This document shows, one piece after another, positions 15,411 to 25,550 of a DNA stretch of 64,000 nucleotides. The notes beneath the pieces were generated by a model. That model did no database searches. It had not been told where the DNA came from and worked only from the letters and a program-made list of their open reading frames with translations. This stretch comes from an uncultured Nitrospiraceae bacterium (GTDB taxonomy: Bacteria; Nitrospirota; Thermodesulfovibrionia; Thermodesulfovibrionales; Dissulfurispiraceae), in the NCBI GenBank assembly GCA_963705105.1, contig CAVPIW010000004.1, forward strand, positions 1 to 64,000, given 5' to 3'. The position numbers were made by a program, and so were the translations under genes. How positions within the stretch are numbered: the first letter of the stretch is position 1; each line of letters opens with the position of its first letter.

Positions 15411-18400
15411 TTACTCGACCCTGAAGAGGCCCATGAAACCATGGAAGCCGCCCTGCGGGTTCTGCATCCGGTACAGGTAGTCGCCCGCCACTCCGAAAGG
15501 TCCTCCGGCAGGGAACTCAGGAATGAAGTTCCAGTGCCCTGCAGGGCCGTAACCCTCCTGGGCGCCGACGACCTGGGACTGCGGGTTGAGCGCGATCTTT
15601 GCGGACTCGACGCCGCTCACCGTCTCGTGCGGGGTGCGCTGCCACGCGTGGCCGTGGATGACCGGCACGTGGGAGCGCTGATTGCCGGCCGGCATGGTGA
15701 GATAGAACCGGAACTGCTCACCATTATTGGCCGTGAAGATCGGCGTCTCAGGGTCAAGTCCGCCCACCTGGGCGTTGCTGTACAGCTTCGCGGTTGCAAA
15801 AGTCTGCTGGCCGTTCGGGCCGTTCAGCGGGGTGCCAGGCGCCATCTTCAGCCTGAACCAGTAGGGCTCGGACTTGTAGTTGAAGGCCTTGAGGCCGGAG
15901 TCCTCGGCGTCGTCGGCAACGCCGATCTGCGGGTCCTCCGTCGGGAAGCCGGGGATCGGCTGGAAGCCGAAGCCGTTATTCGCAAATATCCCTTGCGGGG
16001 CCGATGCGAAGTAACCGTTCGTCGCGCCTGTTGTCACCGCCACGAACTCGCGGTAGGCCCCTGCAGGGCCCGTGCAGCTCGCCTGGGCCTTTGTCCCGGC
16101 GTCGGGCTTGCAGGTCTGGCCTTTCGGTTCGATCACCAGAGCGCCCACCATGCCCTTCTGCACCTGCTTGATTTTGTCGGCCGGGGAAAGTCCAACCACG
16201 CCGAACTCGATCGGCCGCGGGTTCAGCATCACCAGGGGAATGCCCAGGATGTTCCCGACCTTTGCGATCGTGAAGTCGCCGGCGTACCAGACGTACCTCG
16301 CCGTGCGGCCGGGGCCCACGGTGTTCGTCAGGTTCTTCCCGACATTGACACCGTCGTCCCTCTCGGGGTCGAAGGCGAGGAGCTGCGTGTGAATGCCGAC
16401 GTGGCTCGACGGCCTGATGTCGTTGTTGTTGAAGGTCGGCTTGAACGGTGCGCCCGCTGCATCAACAATGCCCCTGCAGTCATAGTTCGGGCACTTGTCG
16501 ATGATCGGCTCGAGAGTCTGCGTGATGCCGTTCAGGTCAGGCACGTTGTTCGGCAGCCGGTTCGTCAGGCTGACGTGGACGCAATCGCCCGCGTTGGCCC
16601 TCAGGATCAGCGGCTCGGGGGCGATCGTCCCGGCCCTGAGGCCGGCGATGTCGGCGTTGTTTACATAGAGAATGGCCGTCGGGTCGTGCAGAGGTCCCGC
16701 GCCACCGGGGACGGTGAAAGCAGGCTCACCGATGGCCGGGTCGGCAGGTATTACGTTGTCCGGAACGACGTCGTCCCTCGAGTTGTAGACCAGCGTGCCG
16801 CCCGTGGCGCCGCCCAGCGGGTTCACGATGCCGGGCACCGCGGGCAGGATGTCCCGTGCCATGATGGCCGTGATGTTGAACCTCTTGACCGGCGCATTTT
16901 TCGGACAGACGCCGTTCAGGAAGTCGAAGTCGAGCCTGTTGGCCACTATGGCGGGCTTGTTGCCCACAATGCTGTTGGGCAGCGGCTTGAGGTCAGCCCT
17001 CAACTGGTTGTACGACCGCATAAGGCCCCACTCGCCGGTCCAGAGCCCGCTCATCGACATGTTCGAGGCGTACATGTAGTCGGTCGAGGGCTGGAAGCCC
17101 GGCAGTACCGAGAGCAGGTCGCCCAGGACCGCGGAGTCGAACTGGAACTGCTCGGAGATGCCCATGGACTGGTGGTTCTTCCAGCCCGAGTTCGGGTCGG
17201 CGTAGTTCATGAGCCACTTGGCGCCGTGCATGCTGAAGTGGTGAGACTCCTCCGTGGCGCCCACCTGCATCCTGATCTTCACCCGGTCGCCCTCGTAGAC
17301 CCTCATCATCGGCGTGGCGGGGTCGAAGGCCCCCACGTCCTTGCTGAGCGCCGTGGCAGCGACGTTGATGATCGGGGCCCCGATGCCGGCAGCAGTCGGG
17401 GTCGGCAGCGGCGCCGCCAGACCGTTCAGACAGAACGGGTCGCCAAGCGGGTTGCCAACGTCGCCGCAGGTCCCAACACCCGGGGTGGCGAGACAGGACG
17501 GGCACTGTTTCGTGTTTCTTACGTAATACTGCATCACGTTGTTCAGGTCGGGGTCGGCCCTCCGGATAGACGCAAAGGCGAAGGAGAGGTCTCCGGCCTG
17601 GCCCGCGGCCTGTTTGGTGGCAACAGGATCGAAGACGCGGGCGCCCACAGACTCGTTCCGGTAGTTCACGATCTCGAAGCCCTGGTCAGAGCCGCCGATG
17701 GCCTCGGGGCAGGGGCTGATCGGGAGAGCGCCGCCGGGCAGTGCGGGACCCGGGCAATCCTGCGCAAACACATAGATCGCCAAGGGGTCTCCGTCCCTCG
17801 AAGGCCTCGCGATGGCCTCGAGGAAGCTGACATCAGAGATGAAGCCGTCCCAGGTCTTCTTGTAGGCCTGCTGGAAGTCGGAGTTCTCGAAGTAGAACTC
17901 GCGGTACGGCGTCGGGTTGTAGCTGCTCGAACCTGCCGGCGGGATAATCTGGGCCTGCCACGAAGTGGGGCCGCCATCGGCAGTGAGGGTCTGAGGCGAG
18001 CCGAGACGGTTTGCCAGAGGCGCGCCGGTCTCGTTGTGAATCCACTTCGACCCTGCAGGCTCGGCGAGAATGGTCGCGTAGAGGCCGATCTGCTGGAAGG
18101 TGGAAGGACCGAAGTGGTCATGGGTGAAGACGTTGCCGATGCCTCGGTCCTTCCCGGTGCTGTCGAGCACGGGGTCGGCCAGCCAGCGCTGGACCGTCGT
18201 CCGGGAGCCGCAGGTGGCGCCGCCACAGCCCAACGCGGCCGCTTGAGGTGACCCCGCAAACTGGGGAATCCCGTCAAGGGTGGGGTGCGGCTTCGGTATC
18301 AGCTGGGCCACTGTCGGACCCGTTGCAGTCGGTTTCCATGCGCCCGCCTTGATCGCCTTGATCCTCTCGACGATCTCGCCGGGGCTCATGGTGCCGTCCT

Positions 18401-21400
18401 CGTAGTTCCAGAGGTTCGCCGCGCCGTCAGAGGAGGCCACGTCGAACTTGGTCATGTGCGAGTGCTGGGCGATGATGTCGGTGGGTGTCCTGACCTGGAA
18501 GTCATCCAGCTCGTAGAAGTTCGGCACCAAGTTGCTGTGCCAGACCTCTGCGCAGTCAAGGGTGTTCAGCCTGAAGACCATCGGCGCAGGGGCCAGTTTG
18601 CCCGCGTACATGTCGGGGATGTCTCCCCAGAGGGCGATGATCCTCTGCTGCGGGAAGTGCCAGCCCTTCTTGTTCAGCACCAGGTCGATCTGGATGTTGC
18701 TGATCTTGTAAGGCCTGAGACTGTCGACCCCGAACTGGACGGCCTCGGGAAGTACAAACCCGTTGCAGTTGTCCCCGTCAGGGTTGTCGGCCCGCGCCAG
18801 TGAGCAGTTCGGGCTGTTCCACGTGGGCGTGAAGCCCTTCACCAGCATGTCGCCCTTGCTGTCCACGCAGGGGTCGCTGTGGGGCGCGCCGGGGACTGCC
18901 TTCGCTGCGCCGTTGGTGATATAGCCGCCCCTGAAGGGCTTGCCCTGTTTATTACTTCCTTGGCAGATTGCCTCGACTGCAGCGTTGCCGGTCTGGGTCC
19001 ACGTGTTGTGGCACCTCTTCTGCTGGAAGGCAAAGGAGTCCTTCTCGACGGCAGTTCCGGCCTCAGGCACCTGCTCGGCCTCGACTGCCAGGAGCTCCTT
19101 GCTGATGTCGAAGCGGTTCACGACGAACTCCGCCTCGCCGCCCGTGATGATGTGCCTCGGCAGGCCGCCGTCAAGCGAGTTTTTCAACGGGTTGGGGCAT
19201 TCGTTGTTCGCGTCAAGAGGCACAAGGCACGCGATGTCCAATGGCGGAGAGGGCGGACGGTGTCCGGCGATTGCCCCCCGATCGGCATTCGCCGCCATGA
19301 TGTAGAACGGGAAGCCGGGGTTCTTCTCTTTCGTGATCGGGTTCGGCTCGACGATGATCCTGCGCGGGTCTGCCGGGTTGATCGCCACTGCGGCAGGGGC
19401 CGGCGCCATCGGGTAGAGCGGCAGGGGAACCACCGCCGGGACCGGCGAGCCGTTGCACATGCCGACGCAGACCTTCTTCAGCGTGGTCCCTTGCCCACAG
19501 GGAGGTACGCTCTGTGTGCCGTCGGTAGCTACACATGCATCAACCATCGCCAACTCGCCGTCGGGGTATGCGCGTGAGCCCGGTGCGGGAGGCGCGTCAC
19601 GTTGCGCCCAGACTGCCCTCGTGCCGTCAGCAGCAAGGAGCGGGTCCAGCAGCGTGCCCTCGGAAAAGGTGTCGAGCATCCTGAGAGACGACCACATGCC
19701 CTGGGCGAAATGAGGATAGAAGTGGCAGTGGTAGATCGCGTCGCCGGGGTTGGCGTTCCTGTTACCCGCACCCTCGTTCGTCAGGTCCATGGTGTAGGCG
19801 CCGCCGGGGCCTATCTGCTGCATGTCCTGGTAGTTGGCCTTGTCGCTCTTGGGCGAGAAGACCCACTGGTTGTTGTGCAGGTGGAAGATGTGGTGCTCGA
19901 AGGCACCTGCATGGATGTTCCTGAACTTGAAGTGGTCCCTGATGTAACTGTGGTGCACGTTGGACGGGTTGTCCGGGTAGAGCGCCACAGTCGCCTTGGG
20001 GCCGGGACCGGGAAGGTCCTGGGGCCCGCCGCAGAAGACGGGGTTCACGCCATCGGGTATCAGACCTGCAAAAGGCCTCACAAAGGGAGTGACCGCCGGG
20101 TCTGCGGAGATGTTGTTGACGAGCGGGTTGTTGAGGTCCTGGACGCAGCCGTTGGCAGGCACGTCGACCCACATGCCGGGGTCGCCCACCGCGTAGGAGG
20201 TGAGGAAGAACTCCTCGGCCTTGCACTCGGGGCAGTCCCACATGGGGCCCACGGCAAGCCTGTTGGCCACAATCTCGGGGCCGATGGCGCCGCCGCCGTA
20301 GTTGATGACGAAGCCGTCCTTCGTGATCGCGAAGGTGTGCTTCAGCACGGGGTTCACGAAGAAGAACGGGAAGGCCTGGACGTTGAACTGCTCGTCACCG
20401 AAGACCGAGGCGGCCTCGCGGAAGGGCAGGTCCTGCCGGGGGTTCGTCGAGGTCGACGGGTAGGTCGAGCCGATACCGAACGTGCCCTTTTTCGGGCCGG
20501 TGATGACGGCGTGGATGTCGCTGTGCACGAGCTTCGTGCCCTGCAGCATCGCCAGGATCGGCCGCCCTGCCTTGCCCTCATCCTTGAAAGGCTGGACATC
20601 GGGGTAGAGCGCGTCATAGTTGATGACCGGCTGGTCAGCCGCCGTCCTGTTCTGGTTGGCCTTGTCAAGGCAGGAAATCGAGGGGTTCGGGCCGGCAAGG
20701 ACGGCAGGCTTGCACGCCGCCAGGGCCATGTCCTCGTTGGTCACGTGGCCGCGGTAGTACTCGGCCGCCGCCGACGGCATCCCGGGGATGCCGGGCTCCA
20801 CGATCACCACACCGTAGAGTCCGAAGGCCAGGCTTCCGCCCGCGCCCTCCGAGCCGGTCGTGTTGGCCATGTTGGTGATCATGTAGACGTTCTCGTCCTG
20901 GGCGTAGTAGGTGTATATCTTCTGTTTGCCCGGCGCGGCAAGGCTGCTCGCGTTTTTACCGACCCAGGAGCCGTCGCTATCGATGCTACCCACGAGCGGC
21001 AGGCCCGTCACGTGCGCCGAGGCGTCACGGGTGACGTTCTGCTCGTTCGGGTCGATCGGAACGGGGTTTAAGAGGTTTGTGAAGTTGATCTGCAGGCAGT
21101 CGCCCTTGCTCACGCGCAGGGCGATGGGCTGCGGCCTCTTGTCGGGGCGCAGCACAACCTGGCCTGCCTGGCAGCCGCCACCTACGCATGGTGTCTTGCC
21201 GATGACACCGCCAGTGATCGGAAAAACGTCCTCGGCCAGGGCATAAATCATGCCCAGGTTGTTCAGCGAGCCGAGTCTGTTCAGGAAGTAATTCTGGTCG
21301 AGGGCGATCACGTCGGCAACGATTGTCCGGTTGCAAGCCGCTTGATTCGCAGCCGCCTTGTCGGGCGTCGCGAAGCCGACGATGAGCCCCAGGACCAGAA

Positions 21401-21443
21401 TCAGCACAGTGAGTGCCGTCCATCGTGGTATCTGGTCTTTCAT
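15411..21443 (-). CDS. Giant secreted multicopper oxidase, MnxG-like (2010 aa)
   Basis: Signal peptide; copper motifs HHIFHLHNNQW, YHCHFYPHFAQGM (type-1 site), QHSHMTKFD, FTHDHFGP, SHHFSMHG, SHVPVIHGH across multiple cupredoxin domains. Confidence 0.88.
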   Translation of the reverse strand: MKDQIPRWTALTVLILVLGLIVGFATPDKAAANQAACNRTIVADVIALDQNYFLNRLGSLNNLGMIYALAEDVFPITGGVIGKTPCVGGGCQAGQVVLRPDKRPQPIALRVSKGDCLQINFTNLLNPVPIDPNEQNVTRDASAHVTGLPLVGSIDSDGSWVGKNASSLAAPGKQKIYTYYAQDENVYMITNMANTTGSEGAGGSLAFGLYGVVIVEPGIPGMPSAAAEYYRGHVTNEDMALAACKPAVLAGPNPSISCLDKANQNRTAADQPVINYDALYPDVQPFKDEGKAGRPILAMLQGTKLVHSDIHAVITGPKKGTFGIGSTYPSTSTNPRQDLPFREAASVFGDEQFNVQAFPFFFVNPVLKHTFAITKDGFVINYGGGAIGPEIVANRLAVGPMWDCPECKAEEFFLTSYAVGDPGMWVDVPANGCVQDLNNPLVNNISADPAVTPFVRPFAGLIPDGVNPVFCGGPQDLPGPGPKATVALYPDNPSNVHHSYIRDHFKFRNIHAGAFEHHIFHLHNNQWVFSPKSDKANYQDMQQIGPGGAYTMDLTNEGAGNRNANPGDAIYHCHFYPHFAQGMWSSLRMLDTFSEGTLLDPLLAADGTRAVWAQRDAPPAPGSRAYPDGELAMVDACVATDGTQSVPPCGQGTTLKKVCVGMCNGSPVPAVVPLPLYPMAPAPAAVAINPADPRRIIVEPNPITKEKNPGFPFYIMAANADRGAIAGHRPPSPPLDIACLVPLDANNECPNPLKNSLDGGLPRHIITGGEAEFVVNRFDISKELLAVEAEQVPEAGTAVEKDSFAFQQKRCHNTWTQTGNAAVEAICQGSNKQGKPFRGGYITNGAAKAVPGAPHSDPCVDSKGDMLVKGFTPTWNSPNCSLARADNPDGDNCNGFVLPEAVQFGVDSLRPYKISNIQIDLVLNKKGWHFPQQRIIALWGDIPDMYAGKLAPAPMVFRLNTLDCAEVWHSNLVPNFYELDDFQVRTPTDIIAQHSHMTKFDVASSDGAANLWNYEDGTMSPGEIVERIKAIKAGAWKPTATGPTVAQLIPKPHPTLDGIPQFAGSPQAAALGCGGATCGSRTTVQRWLADPVLDSTGKDRGIGNVFTHDHFGPSTFQQIGLYATILAEPAGSKWIHNETGAPLANRLGSPQTLTADGGPTSWQAQIIPPAGSSSYNPTPYREFYFENSDFQQAYKKTWDGFISDVSFLEAIARPSRDGDPLAIYVFAQDCPGPALPGGALPISPCPEAIGGSDQGFEIVNYRNESVGARVFDPVATKQAAGQAGDLSFAFASIRRADPDLNNVMQYYVRNTKQCPSCLATPGVGTCGDVGNPLGDPFCLNGLAAPLPTPTAAGIGAPIINVAATALSKDVGAFDPATPMMRVYEGDRVKIRMQVGATEESHHFSMHGAKWLMNYADPNSGWKNHQSMGISEQFQFDSAVLGDLLSVLPGFQPSTDYMYASNMSMSGLWTGEWGLMRSYNQLRADLKPLPNSIVGNKPAIVANRLDFDFLNGVCPKNAPVKRFNITAIMARDILPAVPGIVNPLGGATGGTLVYNSRDDVVPDNVIPADPAIGEPAFTVPGGAGPLHDPTAILYVNNADIAGLRAGTIAPEPLILRANAGDCVHVSLTNRLPNNVPDLNGITQTLEPIIDKCPNYDCRGIVDAAGAPFKPTFNNNDIRPSSHVGIHTQLLAFDPERDDGVNVGKNLTNTVGPGRTARYVWYAGDFTIAKVGNILGIPLVMLNPRPIEFGVVGLSPADKIKQVQKGMVGALVIEPKGQTCKPDAGTKAQASCTGPAGAYREFVAVTTGATNGYFASAPQGIFANNGFGFQPIPGFPTEDPQIGVADDAEDSGLKAFNYKSEPYWFRLKMAPGTPLNGPNGQQTFATAKLYSNAQVGGLDPETPIFTANNGEQFRFYLTMPAGNQRSHVPVIHGHAWQRTPHETVSGVESAKIALNPQSQVVGAQEGYGPAGHWNFIPEFPAGGPFGVAGDYLYRMQNPQGGFHGFMGLFRVE

Positions 21444-21562
21444 GATTTGTTCTCCTCTCTCATGTTAGACATGTTCATACTTGTTCCCTCCCCTCGTGGG
21501 AGCCGCCTGAAATGCGTTTTCCCCTTTAACAGGGAATCCCTTGTGCTCTCACCTCCCTTTTG

Positions 21563-21961
21563 TTATGGCAGTGGTACACTGTCGAGCCATTCCTTTGTCT
21601 GGCCCCTGTTGTTTTCCTGTATCCTGCGGGCGAAGTCCTCGAAGTCGAGCGGCTTTTCGAGAAAAGCGACGACGCCGAGCGCCGCAAGCCTCTGCTCCGT
21701 GTCATTGTTCAGAAAGGCCGACATGACCATGACGGGGATGTCGGGGTGTCTCCTGTTCATCTCGCCGATGAGCTCGAACCCGTCCATGACAGGCATGAAG
21801 AGGTCGGTGACGACGAGGTCGATGGGCTTCCTGTCAAGGATTTCCAGCGCCTCTTTCCCGTTGAGGGCCGTGAAGACCGCCAGGCGCTTCGAGGAGCACA
21901 GGCCGTCGCAGAGGCTCTGCAGAAAACCCGCTTCATCGTCCACGACGAGCACCTTTTTCAT
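21563..21961 (-). CDS. Single-domain response regulator (CheY-like receiver)
   Basis: VLVVDDE..DLVVTDLFMPVMDG..MSA..FLEKP; no output domain. Confidence 0.92.
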   Translation of the reverse strand: MKKVLVVDDEAGFLQSLCDGLCSSKRLAVFTALNGKEALEILDRKPIDLVVTDLFMPVMDGFELIGEMNRRHPDIPVMVMSAFLNNDTEQRLAALGVVAFLEKPLDFEDFARRIQENNRGQTKEWLDSVPLP

Positions 21962-22057
21962 ATCCCTCTTTCCTCTTGCGGAGGGCAATTACGAACCTGC
22001 CAACCGTTTCGCGCCTTTTTTTTCAATATCATTATGCGCTATGGACGAGGGGATGTC

Positions 22058-22124
22058 TATGGAAAGAACTACCTATTTAACGGTCCGCAGAAATACCTAT
22101 TTGGGGGTAGGTAGAAATACCTAC
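22058..22124. promoter_or_regulatory. Triple operator-like array, TACCTA(T/C) at 22070, 22094, 22118
   Basis: Exact 24-bp period; third unit is a perfect GTAGGTA-GAAA-TACCTAC palindrome. Confidence 0.7.
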
Positions 22125-22297
22125 CGACCCTTCCTTTTCAGGACACGGGTCAATCGGGAGGTCGACGATCTTGTAAGGCCTGAGGTTGGGTTTACCGAGC
22201 GGGGAGCTCAGGGGGTCGTCGTCGCCATGAACTGGATTTTCACGACACTTCGTCTTCGTCTTGCCTTTCCATGCAACGACAGGGTGTAAAAAATGAA

Positions 22298-22325
22298 GAA
22301 GCCGCAGGCTTCAGCCTGCGGCTTC
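22298..22325 (-). terminator. Hairpin (terminator or REP-like) after the ELWxxDGT gene
   Basis: GAAGCCGCAGGC-TTCA-GCCTGCGGCTTC, T-rich downstream on the minus strand; related palindromes at ~32500 and ~58200. Confidence 0.65.
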
Positions 22326-22350
22326 GGGCTCTGCGATTGAGAAGCCCTCT

Positions 22351-24192
22351 CTACGGCCCGGGCACGACCAATATCGTCTGCCACACGTAAAAGGTGCCTA
22401 TGTCCCCCGCCTTTGTTATCGCCACAAAGAAATTGTAATCGGCCGGCGGAAACAGACTGAGCGGGATGGCGTTAAACAGCCCGGCGCTCACCTGAGTCGT
22501 CACATCCTCCCGCCAGGGCACGAAACCCTCGGAGAGCGGACGCAGGGTGAAGTCCGGATGGAGTATGAAAATCTCCGGAGTCAGCTTCGGCGCTGTTATC
22601 GCCACGTAGATATCGATTGGACCGGCATAGGGTCCCGTAGCAAGGCTCACGCGCACTGCGTCCCCGCCTGAGGCTGCGCTGCCGAGGCCGAGCGGCTTGG
22701 CGTCGGCAGGCGCGGCGCCAACCACGGGGTCGTCGACAGCCTGATAGAGGAACACCTCCTTGCCGGCAGGCAGGGGCAGCAGAACGGCGTCGGGCCTGAG
22801 GACCCACAGTTCAGAGCCGTCAACGCCGTCATCGGCTGCAAAGAAGAGCGTGCCGCTCACGTTTGCGAGAAAAGCGGGAGATGACGGGCTGGCGCCGGGG
22901 TTGATGTCCTTGACCAGGACGGTACCGGCCGCCGTGCCGTCGCTCTTCCACAGCTCGAGGCCGTTCGTCCCGTTTTCCGCCGCGAAGTACAGCGTGCCGT
23001 TCACGTTTGTCAGGGAATCCAGGAACGAGCTTGTCGCCCCGGGTGCGATGTCCCTGACAAGCACCGTGCCGGCCGCCGTGCCGTCGCTCTTCCACAGCTC
23101 GAAACCGGTGGTCCCGTTGTCGGCGACGAAAAAGAGCGTACCGCCCACGTCCGTAAGAGATGCCGGCAAAGAGGGAAGCGCACCGGGATTGATGTCCTTG
23201 ACGAGGACCGTGCCCGCCGCTGTGCCGTCACTCTTCCACAGCTCGAGGCCGTCGGTCACGTTTTCGGCGGCAAAGAACAACGTGCCGTTGACATTCGTCA
23301 GAGATCCCGAAAAAATCGATGAGGAATTCCCTGCGAAGATGTCCCTGACCAGGACGGTCCCGGCCGCCGTCCCGTCGCTTTTCCACAGCTCGAAACCGTT
23401 CGTCCCGTTGTCCGCCGCAAAGTACAGCGTGCCGTTCACGTTTGTCAGGGAATCCGGGAACGAGCTTGTCGCCCCGGGTGCGATGTCCTTGACGAGGACC
23501 GTGCCCGCCGCCGTCCCGTCGCTCTTCCACAGCTCGAAACCGGTGGTCCCGTTGTCGGCGACGAAGAAAAGCGTGCCGTTCACGTTCGTCAGGAGGTCCG
23601 GGGAAGAAGGGGCGATACCGGGGTTGATGTCCTTGACGAGGACGGTCCCGGCCGCCGTCCCGTCGCTTTTCCACAGCTCGAAACCGCTAACGCCGTCGTC
23701 GGCCACGAAAAAAAGCGTGCCGTTGACGTTCGTCAGGAGACCCGGGGAAGAGGAGGCGACACCGGGGCTGATGTCCCTGACAAGGACGGTCCCCGCAGCC
23801 GTCCCGTCGCTCTTCCACAGCTCGACGCCGCTGACGACGGCATCAGCCACGAAAAAAAGCGTGCCGTTCACGCTCGTCAGGAGGTCCGGGGAAGAGGAGG
23901 TGATACCGGGGTTGATGTCCCTGACAAGGACGGTCCCCGCAGCCGTCCCGTCGCTTTTCCACAGCTCGACGCCGCTGACACCGTCGTCGGCTGCGAAATA
24001 TGCCACTCCGCCCACGTCCGTTATGTTCGCAGGGTTGGAGCCGAATATGCCGGGCTGTATGGTTATTGAGACGGGATCCGCCCCGAAGGTCAGCCCCGGA
24101 AACACCGGCACTATAAACAGCAACGCAAAAAAGATCGCCCTCCTGAGAAAAACTTCTATCATCGTCCCTCTTGTTAACCGATTGCGCCCCAT
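22351..24192 (-). CDS. Secreted ELWxxDGT-repeat protein with an unnamed C-terminal domain
   Basis: Eight ~48-aa repeats containing ELWKSDGTAAGTVLV plus a partial ninth; signal peptide; GGAGG RBS. Confidence 0.92.
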   Translation of the reverse strand: MGRNRLTRGTMIEVFLRRAIFFALLFIVPVFPGLTFGADPVSITIQPGIFGSNPANITDVGGVAYFAADDGVSGVELWKSDGTAAGTVLVRDINPGITSSSPDLLTSVNGTLFFVADAVVSGVELWKSDGTAAGTVLVRDISPGVASSSPGLLTNVNGTLFFVADDGVSGFELWKSDGTAAGTVLVKDINPGIAPSSPDLLTNVNGTLFFVADNGTTGFELWKSDGTAAGTVLVKDIAPGATSSFPDSLTNVNGTLYFAADNGTNGFELWKSDGTAAGTVLVRDIFAGNSSSIFSGSLTNVNGTLFFAAENVTDGLELWKSDGTAAGTVLVKDINPGALPSLPASLTDVGGTLFFVADNGTTGFELWKSDGTAAGTVLVRDIAPGATSSFLDSLTNVNGTLYFAAENGTNGLELWKSDGTAAGTVLVKDINPGASPSSPAFLANVSGTLFFAADDGVDGSELWVLRPDAVLLPLPAGKEVFLYQAVDDPVVGAAPADAKPLGLGSAASGGDAVRVSLATGPYAGPIDIYVAITAPKLTPEIFILHPDFTLRPLSEGFVPWREDVTTQVSAGLFNAIPLSLFPPADYNFFVAITKAGDIGTFYVWQTILVVPGP

Positions 24193-24514
24193 GTCTTCCT
24201 CCCTGTTGTGCCGTTCTCAGCATTATTACTCACGACCCTGATTTTCAAATGCCTCATATTGCCTCATATTTTAACAAGCCTCACCTGCTATCCTTAAATT
24301 ATCATCCACCGGGCTGAACATGTCAAGAGCGTGCAACAATGCGCATTTGGCCCTCCCTGCATGCAGCTTAGAACTATCATTACTCCGACTGTCACCCTGT
24401 GCTTGCCCGCTAATCCGGCATTCGGCTGTCGTATTCCCACCGTCGCGGGAATGACGATTTCAAAATGATAAAAAGATTCACTCTTCTATTATAGGCCATG
24501 AAATGAGTGGCATC

Positions 24515-24581
24515 CATGGGAGAAACTACCTAATATGGGGTCTGCAGAACTACCTATTTTAGGATGGGCAAAACTACCTAT
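24515..24581. promoter_or_regulatory. Second triple operator-like array, TACCTA(A/T) at 24527, 24551, 24575
   Basis: Exact 24-bp period; alignable with 22058-22124. Confidence 0.7.
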
Positions 24582-24593
24582 AAGAATAGTAAC

Positions 24594-24899
24594 GAGGAAT
24601 CAGGACTGAGGACTGAGGAACAAATTACGGCACAAAAAACAGTAAAAAAGGACTCAGTTAGGGTTTGTGAGATAAGACAGTCGCGAGGACTGAGGACTCA
24701 GTTGCAGGGTACGGGTTGCGCCTAAAGCAGACGGTACAAGGTGCACGGTATACGGTCCACGGGAAATTGAATACAGAATGCAGAATATAGAATTCAGAAT
24801 TCGGGAGATCCAGTCTCCAATCTCCAGCCTCTAACCTCTCCGTCTCTGACCCTGAACCCTGGACCTCGTACCTTGAACCGATCTTTCTGATCTCCAATC
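24594..24899. repeat. Mosaic of short imperfect ~7-nt tandem repeats
   Basis: Consecutive blocks of AGGACTG, CGGGTTG, GGTRCAC, CAGAATT, TCTCCAR and GAACCCT-like units. Confidence 0.75.
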
Positions 24900-25550
24900 T
24901 CAGATGTAACCTTTTTTGATTGCATATTTGATGAGGTCGGCCGTCATCCTGACGTTGAGCTTCTTCTTGATGTTGGCGCGGTGGTGCTCGGTGGTCCTGA
25001 CGCTGATGAAAAGCAATTTTGCGATCTCCCTGCTGGACCTGCCCTCGGCGATGAGCTTGAGGATCTGCCGCTCCCGCGCCGTCAGGAGTTCGGGTTCGCC
25101 TGCAGGCTCGGTGGGTGTCCGAAACGCCCGTGCCCAGTCGGCGATGACGTCCTCCCCGAGGCTGGGCGACACATAGACCCGGCCTTCCCGGACCCTCCCG
25201 ATGGCGGAGAACAGCTCCGAGTCGGCGTCCTCTTTGAGGAGATACCCGTCGGCGCCGGCGGCCATGGCCTCTGAAAGGTACTTTCTCTCGCTGTGCATGG
25301 TGAGGATAAGGACCTTGATGCCGGGCCGGATCGTCCTGATCTCCCCGATCGCCTCCAGTCCCCGGAGCCTCGGCATGGAGAGGTCAAGGATGACCATGTC
25401 GGAGGGCGTCTTCTTCAAAAGGTCTATGAGATCGAGGCCGTCGCCCGCCTCACCGACCACCCGCATCCAGTCCGCACTTTCGATGAGCATCCTCAGCCCC
25501 TGCCTGAGGAGAGTGTGATCGTCGGCGAGCACGATGCGATACGCGTTCAT
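24900..25550 (-). CDS. NarL/FixJ-family response regulator (REC + LuxR HTH)
   Basis: IVLADDHTLLRQGL..ILDLSMP..LTARERQILKLIAEG..EIAKLLFISVRT..HRANIKKKL. Confidence 0.96.
   Translation of the reverse strand: MNAYRIVLADDHTLLRQGLRMLIESADWMRVVGEAGDGLDLIDLLKKTPSDMVILDLSMPRLRGLEAIGEIRTIRPGIKVLILTMHSERKYLSEAMAAGADGYLLKEDADSELFSAIGRVREGRVYVSPSLGEDVIADWARAFRTPTEPAGEPELLTARERQILKLIAEGRSSREIAKLLFISVRTTEHHRANIKKKLNVRMTADLIKYAIKKGYI

Noticed and set aside
15441..21071. 936-aa and 489-aa plus-strand ORFs
   Set aside because: Antisense shadows of the GC3-rich oxidase gene, with no recognisable motifs.
22760..24241. Repetitive 493-aa plus-strand ORF, or a CRISPR-like 144-bp periodicity
   Set aside because: Antisense of the ELWxxDGT coding repeats; variation follows codons, there are no unique spacers and no cas genes.
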